Of a DNA stretch of 64,000 bases, positions 24,763-37,876 are shown piece after piece. Position 1 is the stretch's first letter. The number at the start of each line of letters is the position of its first letter. The stretch lies in contig CAXIUT010000263.1 of NCBI GenBank assembly GCA_964035545.1, positions 43,936 through 107,935 on the forward strand, read 5' to 3'. The position numbers and the translations under genes were made by a program. This DNA is from Bugula neritina (taxonomy: Eukaryota > Animalia > Bryozoa). The notes below the pieces were generated by a model. That model worked only from the letters and a program-made list of their open reading frames with translations, was not told where the DNA came from and did not search any database.

Positions 24763-26586
24763 TCATATTCTTTTGAGGTTTTATTTCAACTAGGATTATA
24801 TTTATTTATTTGTAATACTTATATTGCTCACTTCTTCGACTTTTAGTATGTTTTACTAATCTATTCTTGCTTGCTTTTTGCTTTATTTCTATTCAAACTT
24901 ATTCAATAGTTTTGGATTTATGTTCTATATAATTTTTTGACTTTTCCCTTTTCCTTGAACACATTCTCTTTTGATCTTTGTAATTGATTGTTTATAGTTT
25001 TAGTAGTCTTACTCTCTTTCACTAAACTAAATTTCACTTATATCTTCTTCTTTTTTCTCTTCTTATCTTTTGATATTGTAACTATTCGATACTTTATTCG
25101 ACAATATTAGTCGATTGTTAGTTGTTTTTGACTCAACTATTTCTTATTGATGAGATAAGTTTTATGAAAAAGTATTTGAACTTTCTTCAACTTCATTAAC
25201 ATTCCTCATTATTTATGGAGCGAAATGCATTCTTCTTGACTCTTTAGCTTAATCAATAGTAGGTTTTTATCTCAGACATATGACCTAAACCTCATGCTTT
25301 TCCAATAATTTTTAAATAGCTGCGTCTATAAAGATAAGTTTTCTTATTATGTAAGTAATATCCATTTGCATATTTATCTCATCAGAAGCTTCAGTAAATT
25401 TTTAAGTTCTTTACCAGTTTGGACTTATTTTTATCATTTATAAAAATGATTTTAATATCATTGAAAAATAATAGAAAAGATTAAAAGATCCAGAAGGAAT
25501 TGGTTTACTTTCTTTATCAACTAAAACTTTAGAAGCCAAACTTATTTCATATGCTTTTTCTGTATAATCACTCATAAGGAACATTAAGCCTATGATTGTC
25601 CCTACGAGTCCTCCGATGTAAGAAAAGTAAGCATCTACTTTATTAAAGCTTCTAGTATAGGTCGCTTTCTTGGGTGACTTTTTGAATGTAAACTATCCAT
25701 AATTTTGTGCACTATTTCTTAAGTAGTAAGAAGGCTGAAGGGGATCTGGCATTTCTGTGATAGTTTCTTCAAGGTTATTTGTGAAAGGTAGGATGCTGGC
25801 ATCAGTTTCAATCTTATTGCGTTGGATGTTTGTAGTTGCTCTAATTCCCAGGCCAGAAGTAAATAAGAAATGATTTTGATCTTCAATGTAGAATTCTTTA
25901 TAATTTGTATTTCCTGGGTTAATATTGGTATTCACTACATAAATAGCAAATTAAAATTAACCAACTGAAACTTAAGTTGCTGCAAACTAAGTACTATTTA
26001 CACAACTAGCATCGATACTAGGATCACAGCTTTATATTTTTATTTTGAACTGACCAAATAAATCTGATGACGATTTTCCCGCAATAGTCAACTACGATCC
26101 TATGGGAGGACATAGCCCTTCACTCAAGTGCATTTTCTCAAATAGACTTTTAACCTTTTAGTTGAATGAGTAGTGATCTTAGGTGCATTGCTCTAGAGGT
26201 ATTCTAGTCTAATTGAGCAAGACATGACCGAATGTGTAGAACTATTGATAAAGGCTGATGTTAAACATCTTTGGAGATTAACTCAGATTGAATTCATGCA
26301 GGTAAATACCAAACATGAAATCTCCTCCTGGCCCAATTTTTAATTTCTCTAGAGAAGGTTCATTTTAACTGATAATATAAGTTGAAGAAAATATGATTTA
26401 CTTTTGGATGGTTTTGATTCCCATACTAGCGAAAAGAACAATAAAAATAATAATCACGGCCATAGAAAGAACTCCTCCAGTGGTAGTAGTGTACTAGCTT
26501 TAGCCATTGTAGCGAATAAGGTTACTGTTGGGGAAAAGATCCAGAATTCTGAACATTTTGTTGAGACGAGAGCAAAAGGAAGGCAT
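24763..26586 (-). CDS. two-TM membrane protein, tandem paralog B
   Basis: 608 codons, colinear with paralog A (TGGVLSMAVIIIFIVLF; YTRSFNKVDAYFSYIGGLVGTIIGLMFL; QMDITYIIRKLIFID). Confidence 0.85.
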
Positions 26587-26770
26587 TTTCTATAAGATTT
26601 TTAAATTATATAAGAACCTGGCTGTTTATTCGTTTAAATATTAAAAGTTTTTCACTCGAAAATTATAATATCAATTTTTAAATAAAAAGCTGAGAGAAGT
26701 TAAGGATTTTCATTTTGTTTCTATTGATTGTGTTTTAAGTTAATTATTGTTTTATATTTTAGAATTAGTT

Positions 26771-27408
26771 ATGGAAATATTTGAACTTTATACCATCGTT
26801 CACTCAATAAATATCAACAAATCCTTCTTCTCTTTCTCAAATAACACAAAATAAATCAAACAAAACAATTCTCTGACACTTTTAATAAAGAATAAAAATA
26901 ATCTTTGACTGTCACGTTGATAAATATTGTTGCTATGCTTTAACTTTACCCTCACAAAGTTGTTCTAACTTCGTCTACATGCTGTAGGAATGATAGAATA
27001 ATCAAAGGAGTCACTCTATTGGAACTACTTTAATAAAATACTTTTCTGGCTCATACATGCCATCTACTGGTTCTATGCATTTAGAATAAGTTGAAAGAAT
27101 TAATAATTTCATGGATGGAAATAAACATACCTCCTGATTTGGGAGGATATCAAATGGTATCTTTTGGTTAACCTTCATAAGTCTCAGAAAAAGGAGCTAT
27201 TTTAAAATCAATAAAGTTGTTAATAGTTTATATATCACTTGAAAATTCAAACAAACTTCAAAATTAAATTATAGCTGATATAGTAGTCTTTGATGAGGTT
27301 CTAAAACAACTTAGAATAGTTCTTATAGTATGTTGAAGCCAAATATAAAACTTTACATTAATATAGCTGAGTCAAAGGTTATTAGATGTAATAAGGGAGC
27401 TTAAATGA
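26771..27408 (+). CDS. hypothetical protein (model uncertain)
   Basis: Long TGA-free frame ~26788-27337. Joining it to ATG 26771 needs a frame correction, and the 3' end needs an intron. Confidence 0.35.
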
Positions 27409-27428
27409 ATGATATCGACATTTGAATG

Positions 27429-27769
27429 ATTGACTTCATTAAATAACATATAATATATTGACTTCATTAAATAACATATAATATATTGACTTCATTAAAT
27501 AACATATAATATATTGACTTCATTAAATAACATATAATATATTGACTTCATTAAATAACATATAATATATTGACTTCATTAAATAACATATAATATATTG
27601 ACTTCATTAAATAACATATAATATATTGACTTCATTAAATAACATATAATATATTGACTTCATTAAATAACATATAATATATTGACTTCATTAAATAACA
27701 TATAATATATTGACTTCATTAAATAACATATAATATATTGACTTCATTAAATAACATATAATATATTGA
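27429..27769. repeat. perfect 28-bp minisatellite, ~12 copies
   Basis: GACTTCATTAAATAACATATAATATATT head-to-tail with no spacers. Confidence 0.97.
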
Positions 27770-28216
27770 GGCTAATATATTTACTATTGATAAGTAATAG
27801 TTTAAATTGATTAGTATTATTTATATTAAACAAAATAAGATTTTCAATTAAGAATATTATAGTAGTTATCTATGGGAAAGTTCAATAGTCAACATCAAAT
27901 CCAACAAAAAGTAATTCAGTCTTTTAAATTGTGAATCATATGAAACAGATCATTCCATCATTTAAACATATTGAAAAGATAAGTGATTAATGCATAAATA
28001 CTTAAGTTTATTTTAATCATAAATACCTTTCAAAATAAGAGAATGTTCTTCATAAAGATATATTTAATAGTTGTGCTGTTGTTTTTACTATTAAATAATA
28101 ATAATAATAGATTATCAGCCATGATAGCTGAGTTTTAAGATTAAATAATAAGCTAATAACTACCGTAATCATGATAAATATGAGAATAATAAAAAATAAT
28201 ATTAGACAAACTACTA

Positions 28217-29227
28217 ATGACTCAATAGCATCGATTCAATGCAATAAATACAGTAACTAATCACATCAATCTCATTTTGATTTGCTTCAACATTATCGGA
28301 TTGACTACATATTGCGACCTTAGCTCATCTAGAAAAAACTCCTTACCTTTTGTTCTTCCTTTCCTCACATCCTTATTCCCAATATCCAACAGTCATCTCA
28401 CCATTAGATCTCTCTACTATCTAATAACCCTCCTCAGTCTAATTTCAGTCTTTTTACACGATTATTTAGCCTGCATCATTACAGCTAGTTGTGCTTTGGG
28501 TATTTCTTTACGACTAGGTTACAATTTGATCAACTAGTTATAAACTTTACATCAAAACAAAACCTGTAAACTATATGAAGCCGCTATCAACATCTCTATT
28601 TCAGTAGGAATATTGCTATCTACTTTGGCTAGTACTTTCCATTTTACAATTATATCAGCTAAAATACTAGTACTAGCTACTACTCTAGGGAACCTTTACC
28701 TTCCTTTTTTGAGCAATCACCATATATAGAATAATGATTAAAAGATAAAAAGTAAGGTGGGATTTGCTTTAGTTCCTTTTTACATGAAAGAATGGAGTTA
28801 TTCAATAGGGTATGCAGTAGGAGTTTACCTTAATACTTTTGAAATACTAGCTCCTAAAAAATATGGAAAATACCTGGTTATAAGTCTTTTACTCCTGATT
28901 GAACTACTCACCTACAAAACATAAATCAAGTTTATTAGCTAGTTTATAAGAGCCATTCTTATCTATCATTTCTAAACCTAGACCAAAGTAATCTAGCTAC
29001 TATTTGTGTTTGTTTTTTTGGTACTAAGATTATTCTTTCATGAAAGTTAGCTAAAGCTTTACCTATTTGGAGGTTATATTGCGATTGCTTTATTTTTATG
29101 GAAAAGAGAGGAGTTAGAAATGATATCAAATCAAAATAAATAGAATAAAAAGGAAGTTTAACTATAAATGAGTCTACTCAATACTTCACATCAGAAGAAT
29201 TCTTCAAAAAAATAGTATAGCTAGTGA
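28217..29227 (+). CDS. multi-pass membrane protein, function unknown
   Basis: 337-codon ORF with many hydrophobic segments; TGA 29225-29227. Confidence 0.6.
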
Positions 29228-29306
29228 TTTTTTTCATTAATAATTGTTAATAGTCATAATAATGATTTGAATATGATTTGAATATGATGAGATGGGGTGA
29301 TGAGAA

Positions 29307-29513
29307 TCACTTATTTAGAGTTTGATCGATTGCCTTGTTGATCTTTTCTAGCTATTTCTAGATGATTTATGCTTTTGGTGTGTATTATACTGAAGGACTA
29401 ATCTGATTGATATTATTATTGTTTTTGATAGCATATTCTCTACAGATAAGGACACCTAGAATATAGTTGATGACTATGAAGATGCAGATGTTGACTATTT
29501 TGAAACTTATCAT
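29307..29513 (-). CDS. small putative secreted peptide
   Basis: 68 aa, N-terminal hydrophobic signal-like segment MISFKIVNICIFIVINYILG. Confidence 0.45.
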
Positions 29514-29888
29514 CTTATTATAGCGACCCGCTCTTATCAAGTTAAAATATGAATTATATTGTTCATTTTATTAAACGTAAAGTTAATTTCATAAATTATA
29601 TGCATCAGTATAGTATATTATCAAAAATATAAATATCAGTTGTATCAACTATCCATAGTAACAATCATTCACTGAAACAATTTTAACAGAATAATAGAAA
29701 TTTCTTTAAGGTGAGTATAATAATTATGATGTAGATATCATCATGTTATTCATTAGTTATCCATGTTATTCATTACCTATAAAACAAATCTAATAGATGA
29801 TCTTTACTGTCAAATATGTCAAAATAGTCAATTTGGATAGTAAATTCCCTTGCCTATGATATTTAATGGACTTGTTTTCATCTATTTA

Positions 29889-30015
29889 GAATATAAATTA
29901 TTTTGTCAGAATAATTAGAAGATAAATTATTTTGCCAGAATAATTAGAATATAAATCATTTTGCCAGAATAATTAGAATATAAATCATTTTGCCAGAATA
30001 ATTAGAATATAAATT
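29889..30015. repeat. 29-bp tandem repeat, ~4.4 copies
   Basis: GAATATAAATYATTTTGCCAGAATAATTA units downstream of the DUF4139 gene. Confidence 0.9.
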
Positions 30016-30125
30016 AAAATAACTACTATCTAGACCATGAAAAGGAGTATTTTATTTACAATCAATATAAATATTTTATTTAAAATAATTTAATATCAAA
30101 ATTTGAATAAGTTATCTTTAATTGA

Positions 30126-31523
30126 TCATGGTCTATAGTCTTAAGTCCATTCGTAGGTAAATTTTTCATTAGCTGAAAATATTCTTGAGATTCTTAAAAG
30201 ACTTGAAGATACTTTCTAAATGTTCAAGCCTTGAGTCTTCCAGATGAATTGAAGGTTATTTCCTCTGTAGTTACTTAGTTCAATAACGATTTCAGCTTAG
30301 ATGTCTTTGTGATTGGCAACAGTTAGGTTAAGATCAGCTCTGTATCCTCCTTGATTTCCAAAAGTTGTTCTGTTAAAAGCCAGTTTATTAGCAGTGATAT
30401 CAAAGGCGTTACCAGTGTTGATAGTGACGTTTTAGTCTTTAGGAGTGTGATCAATTGAATCTTAGCCAATGAACTAAAGTGAGTTATCAGCTTAATCAGT
30501 TTTAAAGACACGAATGGTGCCTTTAGGAAGAGGAAGACCAAGTTTATTGGCTTTATTGTTTGTAAGTTAGATTTTATTGGCTGCTTTCAGGTTTCTTTGG
30601 TCATATCCACCAGCAGAAATAGAGATAAGATTGTATTTTCTGAGTTTAATGTTATAGACTTTAGGAATGAATTAAACTTGTTTTTGAGAATTATCATTAA
30701 GACCAACTGGTTCACTCAAAGTGTAGAGATGGAAGTCTGAAAACGATTTCTAAGAGAATGAAGGAGGAGCACTAGCAGGCACACTTGCTGTTTTTCTCAA
30801 AAATTGTCTTGGAGGAGGTCTATTACTTACAACATTGACATCTCCAGCTATCAGTTTCAACTTAGCGTTATCATATTTTTTACCACTTCTATTATCAATG
30901 GTGACCCAACCTCCAACATCACCATTAGACTCAGCCTGATTCAAAACGATAGTATAGTCAGCTTTCCATGAAAATCCAGTAGTTCTATATGCGACTTCAA
31001 CATCAGTAGTAATAGCTTTCTAGCTGAAAACTTTCCAGTTGAGAGTGGGAACTGTGAAAAATCCTTCAGGAAGGCTATCAAAGGTGATTCCATCGATGTT
31101 ATTTAACACTTAAATTCCCAAAATGGTTTTAATGATGTATCCACTAGTATAGCCGAGAAGGATGCCTCTGACTCGTACACTTCTTTCTCCTAACCTGGCA
31201 AACACCTATACTTCCTTGTTGAGATATTTTTTGAGTATGGAGAATTTGTTGACAAGATTGGCTTAGTAATTTTGTTAAAAAACTTTGATGTTTTAGGTAT
31301 CATTGAGGGCTTTGAAGGTAACTGTTTCAGTTTGGATGTTAGATGAGACATCAGTGAAGTAGAGATCACTTCTTCCCTTATCAAATGAAATAGATCTAGT
31401 ATCTTTGACCATGGCAAACTGATTGTTGTATATAGTAACAGCCAAACTTTTGGGTTAATTGATGGATGATGATGAAACAGCCAAGATGAGAGAGATTAAG
31501 ACCAACAGTATTTTTTGCTGCAT
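30126..31523 (-). CDS. secreted DUF4139-family protein
   Basis: Signal peptide, then LAVTIYNNQFAMVKD, VFEQNYE, LPEGFFTVPTLNW, YRTTGFSWKADY, GWVTIDNRSG, KLIAGDVN, FHLYTL. Intronless, 466 codons. Confidence 0.85.
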
Positions 31524-31676
31524 CAAATTAACAATTATATTCTCTGTTAATTTAAATGGTTTTAATACTGTTATTTGTAATATAGCACTGGAATATACTA
31601 ATTATCGAATCTTATCAATCTGAATTCTCAAAAATAATAAACACAAAGAGAAGAGAGGATACGAAGTGCTTAATCA

Positions 31677-31802
31677 AAAGACAAAATGACTAATTAAAAG
31701 AATGACAAAATAGCTAATTAAAAGAATGACAAAATAACTAATTAAAAGAATAACAAAATAACTATTTAAGAATGACAAAATGATGAATTAAGAATAACAA
31801 AG
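31677..31802. repeat. degenerate ~24-bp tandem repeat, ~5 copies
   Basis: AAAAGAATRACAAAATRRCTAATT units directly after the minus-strand stop at 31808. Confidence 0.85.
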
Positions 31803-31807
31803 GTCTA

Positions 31808-33256
31808 TCAATACTGATATCTTCTATTTCTAACTATTTTAGGTGCCCTACTTATCTCGTTCTAGTTGAACTCTATTTCTTGAATTCTTTTCTTTATGTT
31901 ATCGACAATTGACTCCTTTCTTCTTAATATCAAACTACTATCTACTCTTTGCTCATCAAACCTTTTGGTATGTGGAATCTAGTAATTCCCTAAATATTTT
32001 TGATCGTTTTATTCGGGAGATACTATCTTGTCGATAAACGAAAGTTATATTGAAAAATTCCTAGACTTATTGCCATTCGACAGATCTTTAGGACTAAGTA
32101 ACTTTTCTTTAGGTTTTTTTGACTATTATTTAAAGATATATTTAGGCAATGATTTCAAGTGAGAAGAACCTTCTTTGCCTTCTCTTTTCTTATTAAGCTA
32201 CAACTTCAAATCTTAATGCAATTTACCTGAATGAGAAGTAAGTTTATTATTCCATTTATTGTGAAAAACAACTAACTACCTTGGATTTGGATCTTGCGTA
32301 TAAAATGCATTTTTAACAAATTTCATCTTTTTGTACAAATCTTAATCATGAAGTTGCAAACGAGTAAACAAATCAGGATCTTGCTAGTAGTACTAGCTTA
32401 GTAGTCGATAGAACTTTTAAAAGTTAATGTGGCGTTTCCCATCTGCGATCTTTCTAAACTTTTGCATTAGAGATTGCTTAGTTATGACATGATTGAACAT
32501 ATTATAAGCTTTGGCATAGACTAGCATCTTGCCAATAGTCATAGTTGATGCCTACTAACCCAACTGGTCGAATGTTTTAGGACCACCGACTTACATCTGG
32601 TTTTTACAAAATGTTAAAAATATGAGTTGGGCATTTTTCTTTATTAATTCGTTACTTGAACTGTAGTGCATTGGTTCTAAACCATTCTCGAATTAATTCT
32701 ATTACTAGTTGACTTATCCATTGTATCCCAACCTATTTTTTGATTTTGTTCCCTTGTTTTTAACTCGAAGTTATTCCTTGTCGAGTTATTAATCTTATTC
32801 TTTGTTTTATTATTTTTAGCCATTTTATTATTGATTTTGTTTTAATTAGACGTTGAGTCTTTCTTTGCTATCATTTTTATTGAGTTTTCCTTAATCTTTA
32901 TTTTTTTATTTTTAATATTGAACACTGAAAATATCATTATTTTAAATGGTGTATTTCAGGACTTCTTCAGCCATATTGGCATCAAATAACTTACTTCCTC
33001 TTTCTCCATTGTTACTGATAAAGTCATTGATATTTTTAGTTAGAGAAGCAACTATTTTATTATTAGTGCGTTCTTCTGATTTATATCTAGAAATGCAGAA
33101 GATATCATAGATATAGTTGATAAGAGTGGGAATAGGAAGAGATTTTAGAGTGAGATTAGGTTGACCTCCAAAATATTACTTGTGTTTCTAAGCTAGAAGA
33201 TGACGATTGTTTGTTAAGTAGCGATTGAATTATGATAAGTTTTATTGCTATGGCAT
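31808..33256 (-). CDS. hypothetical protein (coiled coil plus helical domain)
   Basis: 483-codon frame from ATG 33256 to TGA 31808-31810; the ATG is only 21 bp from tract T3. Confidence 0.65.
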
Positions 33257-33277
33257 TCGATTATATATTATTTGGTA

Positions 33278-33350
33278 TGGGGTTGGGGTTGGGGTTGGGG
33301 TTGGGGTTGGGGTTGGGGTTGGGGTTGGGGTTGGGGTTGGGGTTGGGTTG
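33278..33350 (+). repeat. telomeric (TTGGGG)n tract T3, ~12 units
   Basis: G4T2 repeats decaying to GGGTTG at the right end. Confidence 0.97.
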
Positions 33351-33354
33351 TTAA

Positions 33355-33820
33355 TCAAAAATATTAGGCGGAGGGTAAGTCGAATATAGAGCTACTTTAT
33401 AGTAGAATTTTCATTTTTTACGATTCTATATTAAAAAGGATGTGACTAATTAGTTAAAACCATTAATTAATTTAGTTTTAATTTTTCGTTTTGATTTAGA
33501 TATTCTATTTTTGATTTATTACTACAGATAAAGAAACAGTACAGGTAAGATAGTAATATCCATTTGATTAAGTTTTACTTATTTAACTAACTGAATTCAG
33601 GTCTATGACGGTAGTTGGTATTTTGGAGTGATTATTAAAAGTGATAAATCGTTCATTGATTATCCTTGTTGTTCGTCTATGATTGGTAATGATGTTACTG
33701 ACGCCACTGTTTTAAATGTTTTGATCTTTTATAGAACTGTCCCTACTTCTTTATTCTCATTGCCTATTGAACTATTTTGAACCATTCCTCTTATTTGCTT
33801 TTTTGACTCCTATTACCCAT
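33355..33820 (-). CDS. PH-domain protein, N-terminal MGN
   Basis: KKEGQFYKRSKHLKQWRQR...VIDLNSV...NENEINEWFELI after removing 22- and 21-nt introns; TGA 33355-33357. Confidence 0.85.
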
Positions 33821-33925
33821 CTAATAAGATAGTTATTTTAAATATTTAATTTCTGATGACTACTTATATTATAATTTGATTATTACTAGTGATATAATTC
33901 GATATAATCTGAAAGTAATAATTAT

Positions 33926-36226
33926 ATGAGTAGATAGTAAATATACAAAATCAAATCAAATAACTAAAACTGGTAAAATTAATAAATAAAAAAGTTAAAT
34001 GAGACTTACAATCAAATCATCAAACAATAAACATAGTCGAAAATAAAATAATATCAAAAAAACATTTAGATGTAAAAAACAAAAATGAATAGAAAAAGTA
34101 AAATATAAATATAAATAAAATAAATAAGAATAAGATAAGAATAAAATATAAAAGTGGTATAGTTATAGCAATAGAGAAAGAATAAAGAATTTTAATTAAA
34201 ATAAAAATAAATAAAAGTTATCATAAAAGAACAATAAAATAAAGAAAATGATTTAAAACAATAATTAGTAGCCTATTAAAGATAAATATAACAAGTTTAA
34301 AAATAAAATATAGAGATAATAATAAAAATATAAGAAGATAAATTGAAAAGATAGTATTAAAAAGAGTAAAAAAAGTTAAATGAAGAAATAGAAGATAATC
34401 GATTAAAGGAGTTAGAAAAAATTAGAATAATTAGAGAGAAAGAGTTAAAAGAAAATGAAGAGAAACTAGAAAAGGAGAAAAAAGAGAAGGAAAAGTAGTT
34501 GTAGAAATAAAAGAAGATTATTTAGGAGAAAGAAAAGGAAGTATCAAAGCTCAAATAAGAATTATAAAAGAAAAAATAATAATAGTAAAGTTTAGTTAAA
34601 GAATAATTAAAAAAGTAGAATAAATAAAGTTAGTCATTTTTACTTATGAAAGAGTAACTAAAAAAGAAAGAAGAGGTAGAAAAAGAATTAAGATAGAAAT
34701 AGCTGTAGTACTAGAAAGTAAGTAATGTAAATAAAAAACAATAAACAGCTGATCCAAATAACTCAAAAAAGTTTCCATCTTTATAAAAAATAACAACAGA
34801 TAAGAGCATGAGTTAGAACTAAAATAGAAGTATATTATAAAAGGTTCAGAAAGAGAAAGAAAGGATAGCAAAATTGATGGCTGATTGCTAAGATCGTATA
34901 AAATAAATAAAAGAAACTTAAAATAAGAAGGAATAATAGGTAATAGGTTAGAAATTAAGTGGAATTCATTTGAAACATAGTAAGAAGATAAAGCAGTTAT
35001 AATAAGAAACTGAGAAGACAAGGGAAAAATCAAAATAAGTAGCTTTGAAATTTAAACAGCAAATGGAAGAACATCAATTAAAAAAATAAAGAAATATCTA
35101 AAAAAGAAAAAATAAATTGAATCAACTCAGACAAATGGAAGAAAAACAAAAGAAAAAAGTAATGATGATGAACAAAGAAGAATAAACTAAAAAATCAGTA
35201 ACTTCTTTGAATACAACGATTTAGTTGTAAGTAAATAAAAAAGAGAAATAAATGGTAATAAAGAGATAACAATATTCAAGAGTATCAAAAGATTTAGGAG
35301 AGATTTAGAAGGATAAAAATGATAGTATGTTTAAGTTGAAGGATATGCTAGTAAGTAAAAAGGAGTTATAAGTATAATTATAGTTCAAAAAGGGTCAATA
35401 GAGGATAAGAAGGGAAAGCAAACAATTAAAGATAGATGAGATGAAGGCTTTATAGATGTTCTAGTAGTAAGAAAAACGATTTCAGGTATAAATGGATATC
35501 TAGAGGATAAAGACAGAAATCAAGTAAAAGAAATAAATTTAGTTAGCTCGACAGAAAAGATAAATATTAATGAAAATGTAGTAAAAGGAAAGAAAGGTAT
35601 TAGAGGCTTAAATACTAAAACAATAGAAATAAATAAAAATATAATAGTAGAAAATAAGATAAAGGTTTTAATAGTAAAAATTAACTAGAAAACAACAACT
35701 AATAAAAAATAGATAAAAATATTAGTTGGAATTGAAATAGAAATAGAGACAGAAATAGAAATAAATGGTTAGTTTGTAAAATAATTACAGGTAGAAATTA
35801 AAATAGATACGTTTGAAATTTAACTAATAATGCTAGTTGTAGAAACAAGCGATGAATGAGAGCATTCGAATGAGTCGAAGAGGATAGGAATAGATGGCTA
35901 GAAAGATAGAAGAGAATAATAGGAAGAAAGAAGATGAAATAAAAGCATTTAGGAAGACCAAAGAAGAGTAGCATAGAAACAAGTTGATCTAGAGAAGAAG
36001 AAAATAAGTAGAATACTTGAATAAACAAAAATAGGGATAACTTCATTTCTACTAATCTGACAATGAAACATCGAATCAACTTTCATCGATTCCTTCTTCT
36101 TTATCAAATCCAACGATAAAGACAAATTCATCAACGCCAGACTACGATAAATTATTGCGACCAGCTCCAGCCGATTATACTGGTCCGATGTCGTCTTCCT
36201 CGACTTGTTGTTGTTTGATAATGTGA
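33926..36226 (+). CDS. long K/E-rich coiled-coil protein with C-terminal CaaX (CCCLIM)
   Basis: ATG and TGA in the same frame 767 codons apart, rich in TAA/TAG/AAA/GAA; Ser/Pro/Thr tail ending TGT TGT TGT TTG ATA ATG TGA. Confidence 0.7.
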
Positions 36227-36251
36227 TAAGTTAATAATCGAAGTTATTTAA

Positions 36252-37588
36252 ATGAGTCAGAAAAAGAGTAGTAAAAAGGTAGGGGGAGATGAGATGCAAC
36301 GAATGCGATAAGAATTACATTAGATGAAAAAATTGTACACTAGTTCTAACACAGAGACACAACACCATTTAAGGAAGAAATCTACCAACTACGTGAACAA
36401 CTAGGATATCTGTACATATCTACTCATCCAGCATTCACCAGAAAAGTTCCATGGAGAGCTAGATGTTGAAAGCCAGCGATAAATATGTAAGCAGTGTACC
36501 AAGTAGATGAAGGATTCCTTTTAGGTCGAGAAAACTATCAAAATTCAGGAAGAGGAGTTGACAGATTTATAGAATAATTACAAACTACTCAAAAATACTT
36601 TTTAAGAGACCAGAAGGAAGAATAAGATTTAGTGGTAGGGATAGATGGAGGGCAACATAAAAAGAAGAGCGATAGAGAAGGAAGGAGTGGTTAAGAAAAT
36701 AGGATAGCTTCAGAAGAAGGTAACCCACATAAAAGAATTCAAAGTAAGATATAGAATAATAAAAGAATAGAGAGGTTGAGTATTTATCTACTTTACAAAA
36801 ATTAAAAGAAAAAGAAGAATCGAATTAAACACAGCAGAAACGTGATATCCAAAAGATAGTGAACTAGCATGAAAGTAAACGCAAGGAGTTGCAGACAAAT
36901 ATATCAAAATAAATATAGAATATTCAAGAGTCAGAAGTTAATAAACTGTAGTTAGGTAGTTGAAGGTTAATTTAGAAATGAATAAGGAACAACAGCTTAA
37001 AAAATAAAATTAACTGATAAAAGAGGAGATAGAATTGTGCTAGTCTTAAAGAGAAGTGTTGGAAGAGGAATATAGGAAGTTGGTCGAAGATAATTAGAGC
37101 AGTAGAACGAGAAATGGCAGTTCTGGCTTAGAAGGACAGGCTAATTAAACTTATTAAAGATCTTTGAGAGTCATCAAATTGGAAAATAAATTGAATAAAT
37201 TAAAAGGATACCTGCAAGATTAAATCAATAGGCTGGAAGGGGAAAGTAAACTAGTCTAGATTGAGTTTGAAAATGGTAAAAAAGACATAGAATCTAAGAT
37301 ATCCAAGGCACAGACTTGGCTCAAACTGAAAGACAAAGATTTGAAGAAAATGAAGGCTTGTTCTCAAATGGTTTTAAACCAACGCAGCAGTCTCTAAGCA
37401 TACCTTCTTTAGGTTTTCCACGAACATTCATAGATCGACTACAAAGACCCCGCCAATATAAACCAAATTCTACGTTACCTTTTTATCAAAATAAATTCCA
37501 GAAAGCCTCCAGTCACTTACAAAGATTATCTGTTGTCAACAGAACAGAGCCAAATCTCAAAAAAATCAATGTGATTTGTTTCACTGAT
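36252..37588 (+). CDS. hypothetical coiled-coil protein (exon structure and end approximate)
   Basis: ATG 36252, K/E-rich frames separated by probable ~20-nt introns. Confidence 0.5.
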
Positions 37589-37648
37589 AATACAATATAT
37601 ATTATTAATAGCACCTTAGAAATCAAAGTCATTTATTTATTCACTCTA

Positions 37649-37876
37649 TTCTTCTTCTTCTTCTTCTTCTTCTTCTTCTTCTTCTTCTTCTTCTTCTTCT
37701 TCTTCTTCTTCTTCTTCTTCTTCTTCTTCTTCTTCTTCTTCTTCTTCTTCTTCTTCTTCTTCTTCTTCTTCTTCTTCTTCTTCTTCTTCTTGTTCTTCTT
37801 CTTCTTCTTCTTGTTGTTGTTCTTCTTCTTCTTCTTCTTCTTCTTCTTCTTCTTCTTCTTCTTGTTCTTTCTTCTT
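37649..37876. repeat. (TTC)n microsatellite, ~75 units with a few TTG interruptions
   Basis: Direct reading; lies between two + strand genes. Confidence 0.97.

Noticed and set aside
5916-29227. TAR directly before TGA (5916-5921, 14395-14400, 29222-29227) as evidence of context-dependent stops
   Set aside because: Three cases in about 40 genes is roughly what the high TAR codon frequency predicts, and no gene needs TAR as its terminator.
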